A DNA stretch of 55,196 nt, filler included, from Sluysia triapertura (taxonomy: Eukaryota), in the NCBI GenBank assembly GCA_046118255.1. It is 4 parts of 4 records of this genome, joined end to end, with 100 filler letters (N's around TTAATTAATTAA, not from the genome) between each part and the next. Parts side by side here need not be neighbours in the genome. Positions count along the whole stretch, not along the records: positions 18,230 to 29,869 come from JBJNIA010182546.1; positions 29,970 to 42,429 come from JBJNIA010106761.1; 2 more parts are not named here. One strand, written 5' to 3'. Under the pieces are notes generated by a model that was given only the letters and a program-made list of their open reading frames with translations, was not told the origin of the DNA and made no database searches. This document shows positions 23,089 through 34,054 of this stretch, in pieces (within the stretch, counting starts at the first letter, position 1; each line of letters opens with the position of its first letter). The position numbers and the translations under genes are program-made.

Positions 23089-24472
23089 TTACGCGACTTG
23101 GTAAATCATTTTCTCCTTATTAATTAAATGATTAGTGTGTCGAATAAGTCCAAGTAATTTATCAATATTACCAGACCATTCTTCCAGTAACTGTTCTGCA
23201 TCTTTACCAACTTTAACAAAATGCACTATTCCATCCAATCTATCTATTTTAGCATCAACTGTTTTACTAACAACCAAATCATTTAAATAACGTTCTAGAT
23301 CACTCTCTGGAATATCTAATAAGCGTGCCATACGAGATAACCTTATTTGGTTATAATAATCCGCCATAACGCGAATATTGTGCTGTATTACCCGACTATG
23401 CAACATACTCCAACGTGATTCACCATCAGGTCCTTGAAACACAACATCAGATTTAAGCGAGATTTCAAATCGCTTACAAAATTCTTTCCATAAAATAACT
23501 TCTTTTGCGCAAAATATCTCTATAATTTCACTAAAAATATAAATCATAATACTACAATTACCTCACAACAATTAAACTTTCTAAATCTCTAGAGCACAAA
23601 GTTTTATGACGATATAATAAATCATTTTGTTCATTGTCATATGACGATAACAATAAATAAAGCATAACATTTTTTAAATTTTTTAGTCTTTCATCTTTAT
23701 TGTCGTTAATCGATTTCGATTTATAAATTTCATAATAATGCTTGCTCGTATTTAAATAATTATTTTCAGCCAAATCCAATTCAATCATTAATTTGTAATA
23801 TTTTAATTTTAGTTGTTCCAATGATTCATCCTGAAAACTTTTGGACGATATCTTTTTACTAATAATTTGAGTTCTGATATAATCTTTTTTGGCTAAACAT
23901 AATCTCATTTGTTCTAAAATAAATTCAATCTTTTCTTTCTTTTCCATAGAACCATAAGTTTCCACTTGTAAATCTTGTAAAATTGCAGCTGCAGCTTCTA
24001 TGTCATTGTTCTTTTCTTTAATATCTGCTAACTTTTTTGAAATCCTGGCTCTTTCATTTTCAACATATATTTTACCTTCAGTTACATTCCTGATACAATT
24101 TATTAATTCAATTTTAATTTCCTCATTAGGTGTCTTGTCAACATATTCACAAACTTTTTGAATCATTTTGGTTACGGCCTGCTTTAATTGTCCTCTTTTT
24201 TTGCAAAATAACAATAAATGTTCATTCAACTTTTTCCATTCATTAGCTTCAGTACATCTCATAACAAAATATTCTAATAACTTTCCTGTTGAAATAGCAT
24301 CAGAAGCCTAAAAATTAAATATAAAAAATAAATTTCTTACAATGCGAGTAAGCTTTTCATAGCCATAAAGTTTATCTAAAAATTGATCAATCTCTCTTAG
24401 TTCATTCATTTCCTCAATCCACTTTGGACAATCATTAGAATAATCAACATCCATTTTAATTATTTTAGACAT
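23089..24472 (-). CDS. PSMD12: 26S proteasome non-ATPase regulatory subunit 12 (Rpn5), 439 aa; exons 24472-24341, 24307-23562, 23530-23089
   Basis: MSKIIKMDVDYS..YEKLTRI|ASDAIST..KKRGQLKQAVTKMIQ..TEGKIYVENERAR..LQVETYGSMEKKEK..EQMRLCLAKKDYIRTQIISKKI..HNIRVMADYY..AKIDRLDGIVHF..HLINKEKM. GT-AG introns of 33 nt (24308-24340) and 31 nt (23531-23561) restore one 1320-nt frame. Confidence 0.97.
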
Positions 24473-25089
24473 TTTTTAATTTAATTAGATTAACTTTAAA
24501 GAAAAATGCTTAATGTATATTAATTATATAGATTATAATATTAATTCAATATGGATTCAATTAAGAAGGATTATAAACTAAAAACGAATTAAAAAACATA
24601 AATTCTATTAAAATAATTAGTTTATGTAAATAAAAATTATAAAAGAAAGTTTAAAGTATCTTCGCAAAATCTTATTAAAACAATAAAGTTTTTAACGTCA
24701 TAAAATTACTAAATATTATGTTATAATATTTTAAATCTTAATTTTGCAACTCATTAAAGCTAAGTGTTTGAATTTTATATTTACGTCCAATTATTATAAC
24801 CAAGGATTTATAATATTTTTATTTTGATGTCATAAAAATTAAGCATCCAGAATATGTAAACAGTATAGTTAAATGCAAGTATTATGTAATGCATCTGTCT
24901 AAATTGAAAAGAGAACAGTTTACTTTGATGAAAATCAAAATGGATGATAATATTAGGCTTTGATGTTTTTAAGATTATATCGGAAAATTTTTTAATTGTT
25001 AAAATTATTTATTCAGAATTTGTTATTGAATTAAAATAACTTAAGAATGAGGTTATTTACTGAGTTTGTTGTGGTTTTCTTAACTCAAC

Positions 25090-26842
25090 CTACGTCAAAA
25101 TAATTTTAAGCATGGCATTATTACAGTATGCGACGTATGATGTAAAGTGGGCGTATCTATAACTAAAGTTAATTCCTAAACGTTGTGAAACCTCTGTTAA
25201 TTTATACTTTAAGGTTGTAGGATATAATGGTTTTGTAAGTGATACTTTTAAATGGTAATTTTGATAATGTACTGTTTGATAATTAGAGTTATTTAAGTTA
25301 TTTTGGAAATTTGAGAGTAACAACACCTTTTGTGCTACACTGACAATATTTAGGTTGAAAAAAAGCGATATATGTTCAAGTCTTAGACATATCAAAGAAA
25401 AACGCAAGTTTATAAAAAATGTATATATTAAAGTTGAGGGCGACAAAGAAAGTAAAATAAAACAATGTGGATTAATCAGTAATTTAGGCAAAATGATGTC
25501 TTGGTTATGATATATATGTTTTGATATTTGGTAAACCAAGACATTGTATTTTAAGGTTGACTTATAATTGACGAAAGATATAATAATTTTATTTGATCTA
25601 TGATTAAGACTTAGTTCATTGTCATAACAATTCGTATTAAATTGATCTGTATACCTAGTACGTTTTGATTAGTTCATATTAATAAGAATAATATTAGTTT
25701 TGAATTTAAATCTAGAACTAAAACTAAATTGACTTTAAAAATAACAAATAGAATTTATTATATTTGACAAAATTTTTATTATGTTATAGTCTTTTTTATA
25801 AACACAATTAGTTCGGACCCCCAGCGCTTCAAAAGATTCCACACGGTATTCGATCTAAAAAAATAATAATTAGATGATTTGCTAAATTTATATTTCACAT
25901 GAAGGTTAAGTAAATGTAAATTAAATATTATACGATTACCTTGAGATATTTTTGTCACAAATAGATCAGTATTAACCTTAATTCTTTCAAAATTTTGTTT
26001 GTTGAAACAAGTAGAACATGCTTTGTTTAATACACTGTTGGTGATATTGTCATCATGATTGATAGATAGATTATGTCCTTGATAATTGTATGATAGATTT
26101 GAACTGTCGTTTAATTTAGAATTAAGTGTATAGGAAGAGTAGAGTACAGTTGTCGAAACTGAGGACTCTGTCGTGTCATGATTCTCGCATATACTCATTT
26201 CTTTCATTCTGGATGGATACGTCTTAAAAATCAAAATTGAATTCTTATTGACTTCATCTTTAAGTATAATGATAATTTCTTCACAATCTTGATAATCATT
26301 CGAAACTTGTTGTCTCTGTGTCGACACAATAAGTAACCTCACCAAATACTTTACAAGTAGGTCAAGAGGTTCTAAAATTTGTTCATTTATGGGATTCTCT
26401 TTTATTTCATCTAATTTCTTAGCCATACTGAAGTGTTAATTTCATTATTTTCGTAAGATGATCTTCGTATTATAAATGTGCATTTTGGATAGTAATACCT
26501 TTGTTCAGAAACATTATTTGACTTTAGACAAAAACAAACGATTTTATCTAATTGATAAGAGCATATATTGGTATAGTTTTCATTTGTGATACGGGCAGTA
26601 ACTTTAAATATGTGCTTCGCCTCATAATTAAATAATGATGAATTTTCGTGTACGTCAACAATATATACTTGAAAAGGATGTTTCAGTGAACTGTTTACGT
26701 AACATGTTTCTAATACCTGTTCAGCAAGGTGTATACTTCTTCTAATGCTCAAAATACGTTCATAAAACATATGAATAACAAAATTTTGTGAATATACGAA
26801 ATTTGAATCGACAAGCCATAATTGTTTTGCATCATCCAACAT
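25090..26842 (-). pseudogene. Orphan family member B: one long ancestral ORF (~580 codons) broken into ORFs 26411-26842, 25779-26426 and 25090-25539
   Basis: Consecutive same-strand ORFs are linked by frameshifts. The bridge KDYNIIKILSNIINSICYF*SQFSF..NIILIN runs in frame into ORF 25090-25539. Homologous to 15845-16615. Confidence 0.55.
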
Positions 26843-26994
26843 TTCACATAACAGGCTAGTATTAAAATTCTTTGAAATTTAGATTTTGTGAACACTAAAT
26901 TATAATATAAAAAACCTGGAAATTCACTCTCTAATTAGCTTAAGTTTGAAAATACTGATCACACAAGTTTAGTTACAAATTGATTTTTGAATTT

Positions 26995-28205
26995 TTCTAC
27001 TTTTAACTCCACCCAATCATATTAGTAATTAGAGTATTAAACAATGGCAATTCTGATTGGGTGACGCATTAGTAAGAGCCAAAATGATCAATATGTTGAT
27101 GACTGGCTACCAACCGTCATCAACGTTGACAGTATGATGAAAATGTAAATAGGCTGTCATCGTTGGTGATGGTGGCAACCAGTTTAGACGACAAGATTTA
27201 TTTTTGTTTAATTTTTTAATTTAATTTTAATTTTAATTTTTAGGTACAAACAATGATCCAGGTACTAATAATAATGATACTAAATGATAATGATAAAAAT
27301 AATAATAATAATAATAACATTTACTGATAATAATAATAATAACAATAATAATAACAATAACAGTAATAACGTTATTATTATTATTGTTATTGAAAGAAAT
27401 AAAACTACATAAATCTTGTAATTCTTGAATATGAACTTTTCTTTATTTTCTTTGTCCTTCTCACATAAAAATGAAAAAAAATAAAATAGGAACAAGATAT
27501 AGTAATAAGATATAGTAAGTGTCGGTTATCATTGTTGCTTAAGTTAGATAATGACTTCTCTAAAGTTATCTTAGACTTGTTTTTTGAAAATCGTAATGGT
27601 TAAAATTGTAAATGAAATGGAAAGTGTTATTTATTGGAACTTATTGAAGCTTTGTAATTGAAAACAAGATCTATGTATTAGATTTGAGTTTAAAATGCTT
27701 GTTAAAAGGTTGAAATTATTTTAATCTTTACTGATGATTACAAAATAAATCTTAGTGCACCACGATATCGTTACTGGTAAGTATTACGATGAATATGTAT
27801 AAGTGAAGTGTATTTTGGTTGGTGTAGTTGGTTGGAGGTTTTGATGCAGATGATCTATGTTTCGTGAAATGTTTGTTAGAATTGTTTGATAAAACTATTG
27901 TTTTAGGGTTTATGAAGGTTTCTGTTATGATTGTAGTTTGTTTGTTGAAATATTTAATGTATGAATGTGGTGAAGTGTTTGAAGTGAAATGTAGAAGTTT
28001 ATTATGGGATAGATGATTGAGATATTAGTTGATTTGTTGGTGTATGTAAGTTAGTGAGGTGTTGTGGTTGTCAAATGTTGTTTTATGATGTTTATAGTGA
28101 TGTAATTGTAAAATAAAAGTATGATTGTTGAGAAAATTGTTTTTTAATGAACTTAGATTTATAATTGTTAGGTTTAAATTTAAGTTATTAATGTTGACCA
28201 CTACA
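26995..28205 (-). mobile_element. Dispersed element, copy B, with defined terminus GTTGACCACTACA (minus strand TGTAGTGGTCAAC)
   Basis: Homologous to 17510-18129 and, inverted, to 29631-29869. Strongly G+T-skewed tract at 27790-28190. Confidence 0.7.
27010..27180 (+). other. Double-hairpin module, copy B
   Basis: 10-bp inverted pair CACCCAATCA/TGATTGGGTG, then a 20-bp stem 27113-27132/27154-27173 with two G-T pairs and one mismatch. Confidence 0.8.
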
Positions 28206-28949
28206 TTATATATATATAGCCTACGAATTAAAAATATATTACCTACAAAGCGATGAATATCGTTAATGAATATATGTTTGTTTATATTGTGATTAAACTC
28301 AACTTAATCTAATTTTATTACAGAATAAACACTTAATACAACTTTAACTCATAACACATGCAACAAAATTTTCAATCCAAATCACATATTCATTGATCAT
28401 TTAATAGTCTTCATACGTTCTGTATCTCACAACTTTCGAAATTAATAAATTTCCAACTTCATCCAATATAAAGTTTCGACCTTAAATCATTCCACTAGAA
28501 AACTTCATTTTACAGATCACCTGCAGACTTAAATAACTTTTTTCAAAAAAATTGCATTTATTTTTTAAACGATCATTTCTTATTACTATTTATTACCATT
28601 TGTTATAATAAGATAAATCGTTTTTGAAATATTAGTTAATTTAAATATAAACTTTACCGACCTAATTAAAGGTCATGGCTTTAGTATGAGATATAATATG
28701 AATTTGCATTTAAATTTAAGATTTATATTAAATTGAAATGGTTCATTAAAAATAATATTAAAGTTAAAAAAAATATGATTATAGAAACATTTAAAATTAT
28801 GATTAGATTGTCATTATTAAAACCTTTATGAAGGATAAAATAAAAATAAGTATTAAAACATTTACTGAACATGAAATAGATTAGGACGTCAATTGAAACT
28901 GTTATTCTAAAGTTTATATGAGAGTGATGATTGTTTATGTTTGTGCGTA

Positions 28950-29578
28950 TTACTGTCCATTCGACGCTTCTAAAAAGAAAAGTTTATAGTTAAAACTTTT
29001 ACAAAACATTTTATAAATCAAATTATTTACTTTTGAATTTAACATGTTATTGGAGAGGGTATTTCTTGACCTGAGTTCTAAACTAGAAATAAGACTTGTG
29101 ATCCGATTAACATTGTCGTAGAAGAACTGCTCATCGTTTGCATCGTGTTGTACTTCTGAGATCTTGTGCGTATATTTGCAAATAGCACCACATCTTGAAT
29201 ATTGTCCATAAAGTGACATGCCATATGTAGACAAATGCCACGTTTATAATGATCTTTTAGAGTAATCCTTTTGCGTGATGCTTTTCTAACTGGCACATAA
29301 GAATACGATAACTTTTATGGATTAAATACAGATTCATGCATTTGGTATTAAATCGGCTATTGTGACATATGTGAAACTGTTTCATCAATATCCATACCTG
29401 TCAAATGCATTAAAAGACCTTTATTTGGCATTAAATATATATGAGAAGGATTTAAATCAAGTATAGATACGCAGTGATTAACATTTGAAGAATTAGCAGA
29501 CACTATTTCGTTAGAGTTACATTTTGAATTATTTTGAATTTGTGTCAAAATTCGATGTATAAGAATTTGGAAAGACAT
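28950..29578 (-). pseudogene. Decayed gene fragment with a degenerate CCCH zinc finger
   Basis: HYKRGIC /frameshift/ MSLYGQYSRCGAICKYTHKISEV resembles the YKTxxC-x8-C-x5-C-x3-H finger of TIS11/Roquin type. Stops lie between the ORF pieces. Confidence 0.45.
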
Positions 29579-29630
29579 TGTTGAATCAGAAAATTAAAAT
29601 ATTGAAGTGTAGAATACGATGAACAGTAAC

Positions 29631-29869
29631 TGTAGTGGCCAACCCCTTAACTTAAAAATAAAATAAAATTTATCACATAAAACAACACTACTCATCACAC
29701 CCTCAAACATAAAACACCACTCAACTCATTTCATAAAACAATAAAATACAATCTTAACACTTCACCGAACTACATCTCACAATAAATTAATTCATATCTG
29801 AACATTCCCAACTCAATAAACTCTTACATTCATTTCAACAACTCAAAACACTCACTCACTAAACACCTT
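29631..29869 (+). mobile_element. Dispersed element, copy C (terminus and A+C-rich tract; cut by the contig end)
   Basis: Starts TGTAGTGGCCAAC....TAACTTAA. CATAAAACAA..ACAA..AACAC.TCAC..AATAAACT..TACATT matches the reverse complement of 27975-28090. Confidence 0.7.
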
Positions 29870-29969
29870 NNNNNNNNNNNNNNNNNNNNNNNNNNNNNNN
29901 NNNNNNNNNNNNNTTAATTAATTAANNNNNNNNNNNNNNNNNNNNNNNNNNNNNNNNNNNNNNNNNNNN
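29870..29969. other. Artificial contig linker
   Basis: 44 N + TTAATTAATTAA + 44 N. Confidence 0.98.
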
Positions 29970-30082
29970 GCTTATAAAGTGATAAAAAGGTTTTTATGTC
30001 AGTGATAAAGTTTTAAAGTTATTCACATTTTTCTTCCCATGGGGGGAGGGGTAAAATTACCCCCCAGGTTGACTGACAAAGG
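29970..30082. mobile_element. End of a TTAA-target (piggyBac/Kolobok-like) element
   Basis: A GGGGTAAAATTACCCC palindrome, then ...GACAAAGG followed by TTAA. Confidence 0.45.
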
Positions 30083-30859
30083 TTAATATGGACAATGATA
30101 TAGATCTTAAAATTCGTAATGGACTATCTTTTATTTTTTTTTGTATTTAATGATGAATGTGACGCTGCGGATGTTGTAAGCAATTGTTATGGTTATGATT
30201 TAGATGGATTTTCCTTACGAAATGAATTTCCTCCAGATTTTAAGCGAAGTACTTCACGTCGCCATGACAATAGAGATCTCAGATTTGATCACTGTTCAGA
30301 TAACAGACATTGTAGTAATATTAGTAATAATGAATATTTAGTACCAAACAAAAATTTATATACCAAAATGTAATATTAGTAATAGTGACCATTTAATACT
30401 ACATTTAGATACATTTAGATATATTTAGATACAAAATCATTTAGATACTACTCATCCATTGGTATTTATTACAATGATTATCGTAATATTGCTCATATTC
30501 ATAATTATAACATTAATTCTATCAATCAACATATTTGTTATTCTGTTCGTTATCATTTATTATGAACACTTCCAGCTTTATTCGGCTCGTCAAACAATGT
30601 TTTTAAACGTCAAAAATTACCAAACTTTATACGTTGTGTCATTAGGAAGCAATTTATAACTAAAAGTTGTGTTATTAACTTTTTGTGTTATTTACGAATT
30701 TAATTTTGATATAGTAAGGGTCCTTAAACCCCATTTTTATATTAAAGATTCGAGCAATCTTCTAATTATATTATCAAAAATTAAAAATTTTATTTTATTA
30801 ACTGATAAAAGAGTTTTTATTAATGATCATAGTTTTAATTTTACTTTGACGCAACCATA

Positions 30860-31541
30860 TCAGCTACTTATACTAATCATTGATAGTGATTTTATTATTA
30901 TTACGTACAAACAATTATACATAAAACACACTTCATTCATCACTGTTTCAATACAAATTACAAACTTTATAACAAAATCATTAATATTAAAACTATGATA
31001 ATCAATCGTATTATTACTAAATATAAATTTTATGATAAATATCATTACGAAGAGTACGACTAAAACTTGCAATATTTTTTCGCGAATGATTTGAATTAAG
31101 CAGTTTTTTAGAATTAGAGAAATGTTTACCAAACTTTGTTTGAGATCTTTTACGGTTCATTTTTTATCTTTGTGATTGTTTATCATTTGCAAATCATGCA
31201 CATTTTATTATTTACCTGTTAGGTCTTTCAAGAGGTATCTTCTGTAGTCCTTTGGTATTACAGAGTTAGTACTCCAGTCAACAAACTGTAAGCAAAATGA
31301 CAGTTTACATTCGTTTTCGTTTATACATTTATATTTTATGGATGAGACAATGAATTACATGAATCATCTGTGTGACATTGAAGAATTTTATTTCATTACA
31401 AGGAGGATATGTTTATCTTTTCCTTTGAATCCATTTTAAAAAGTGCAATTTTTCATTTTAAAATGAGAACTTCATCAAAGCTCGGTCAATAGGTTTTGAA
31501 TGTGTATGTGTGGAGTGATATAAATTAATCGATTTTTCCAT
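30860..31541 (-). pseudogene. Decayed unrecognised reading frame
   Basis: One frame with scattered stops (MEKSINLYHST..ECKLSFCLQFVDWSTNSVIPKDYRRYLLKDLTGK**) runs into ORF 30860-31132. Confidence 0.25.
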
Positions 31542-33622
31542 TTATCATCAACTCTTAAAGACAAGAGTAAAACAGACTACTCGAAGCAACTAAGAATAAA
31601 GATTATATAAATAAAAAGAGATAATAAATCTTTTTACATAATTATTAAGAAATTATGGAAGGTTCAGGACTCCGTTAAAGACTTTCACTTATTTTTAATC
31701 ATCAAATGAATTTAAATTTCGTCATGGATGAAATTAAATCGAAAGTAAGTTTCAAATTAAACCATGAATCTGATGCATCTTAAATCAATATTAACAATAA
31801 TCCAATATTAATTTACGTCACTTAAATAAAATCACAAATGTGTTGTGTTTCTTCGTTTATTAATATCCCTTTTTAATAACTAAAATCAAATAAAACTAAA
31901 TCTCGATATATTCTTATATAACAATTATACAAATCAAACCTCTATATGACAAATATAATTCTAAAAATCAATTTCTTTATATCACAATTATAGTTATATA
32001 AATCAAACTCTTTTTATATTTAAAACACTTCTTTAAATCAAATTCTTTAATAAATTATTCTCTAACTTTATTAAAAATAGCAGGGGTTACACAACATAAA
32101 TGTCGTTACCACGAAACAAAACATAAAATAATAATAAAAACAAAAGAATCTTAACTCTCTACTAACCACTCAAACCTATTTCGTCTTAATGCTATTGCAG
32201 AAGAAAAAGACTCAATGAGTGTTATCCACAACTCAATTGAATCCAGCATCCCTATAGCAAAAGGTTTGATCAATCTATTAATTTCCACTGATGTCGCTCT
32301 TTTTCTGGATTGTTATTAATGTTGTCGCTTTCTCTGAATTACTATTGTTATTTTATGTAAAAAGTCAGCTCTTTATATAGTATCCAGATAGTTGTCCGAT
32401 AGTCGGGAATTCACTTTAATTAGTTTGCATGCCTACAACACATGCTATTTTCTTGGAATCAGTTTTATGCCGACTCATTACTAAAATGAAATTTCAATAT
32501 AAATTTCCAATGGATTTCCGACTTTAGATAATCTAACAATTATCTAGAGATAATGAGTTTTGTGAAGAACAAACCCATATCTCTTTAAAAGAATCAAATC
32601 ACAATTTCATATCACAATTGGCATTATACAAACAGATATAAAAAACATCATCTTAATTTACTTATATTTATAATCTAGTATAAAACTTCTTATAATAACA
32701 ATACTTTATATCATACGTAACACGTTAACAGTATGTCCAACTTATCCATAAATTATTAACAAATGCAATTACAAATATTTCATACGAATTACAACTCCGC
32801 TACATCTTTTACACGTGATAACATCTAAAATAAAATTGCAAATATATTTTAAATTCCAATAATTAACCATACTAGCATCACCTTTAATTCGCCGATATCG
32901 TCTCTCATCTACATCGACATTGTGTTAATTACCACACCTTTTCTTTTTTACTATAACTTTTACTATTATTATTATTTTTAATTTCATGTATTAATACTCG
33001 ACATCTGTTTTCTTTCATAGTAAAATTCTGTTGGGAAATTCGTCGATAAATCGAATTTCCAGCGATTGTAGTCAATACATAGAAATGCAAGATATTAGAA
33101 CGTTTCTGAACTGCCTATTTTTTATAAATACGTAACTAAAGTATACAAGTCAATCTCAATAACGTATACTGACTTGTTTCTTTACAAGCTTTAATTTGAT
33201 ATATACTTTGTTAATGTTCCGACATTGGAACGTATTTAATCTTTAATTTTAAATTACGAAATTAATTAAAATAACTAATTTTTACGTTATCTGCATTGAC
33301 GTGCTTCGTAACACTTCATTACTAAAACCAATAATAAAACTCAACATTATATACTAAATTTGATATCATTATATCATGAACAAACATTAAATAATTTTTA
33401 ATTAACAAATGTACTTTAACATTTCGACAAACCAAACCTTATTTCTTTGTATCTTTCATTACCTTATCTTGATTCGAATATCTCATATCATTATATCATA
33501 TCGACTAGATCATTACAAATCATGATAATCCCCTATCTCAATTCCTCAATATCATTTACCTTATATGTTATCCCGAATCTTGAACCTTTATATCTACCTT
33601 TGCCTTTCACTAATCCCAACAA

Positions 33623-34054
33623 CTGTAACTGGCTAGGTCAAAATCTTTATAAAATCCAATTTTCCTCGGTTAAGCACTAGGCTTAAGTCGATAAAATAAT
33701 TATTTATATGATATTAATTTGATTACTCTTTTGTAATACTATTTACTACATCTTGAGTTTAATAAAAGTATTATTCATCGAGTCTTCTAATATTATTATT
33801 TAAAATATTTCAAATTTGGCCAGACCGTAAAAAGGCTGGTTCAACACTTAAACTATTGCATATTTTGTTAGACCGTAACAAGGCTGACTTAATTTACTCA
33901 TATAGTCATGACCCATATAAACGTAACCTCAGATATTTTGACGATTATTTTTTTGGTATAACATACCTAAGTAAGTGAAGTGACTCTCTTTTGTCTCCAA
34001 ATCTAATCAGGAGGTCTTCGTTCAGATTTAAATCGTGCCTAATTAGTCGAGCTG
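33623..34054 (+). repeat. ~430-bp direct repeat, copy 1
   Basis: Colinear with 37081-37490 from GTAACTGGCTAGGTCAAAATCTTTATAAAATC to GTGCCTAATTAGTC.AGCTG. Confidence 0.9.

Noticed and set aside
27280-27495. Poly-Leu/Ile ORFs (also 17711-17941, 47653-47883 and 15549-15839)
   Set aside because: Products of AAT/ATT microsatellites and AT-rich composition.
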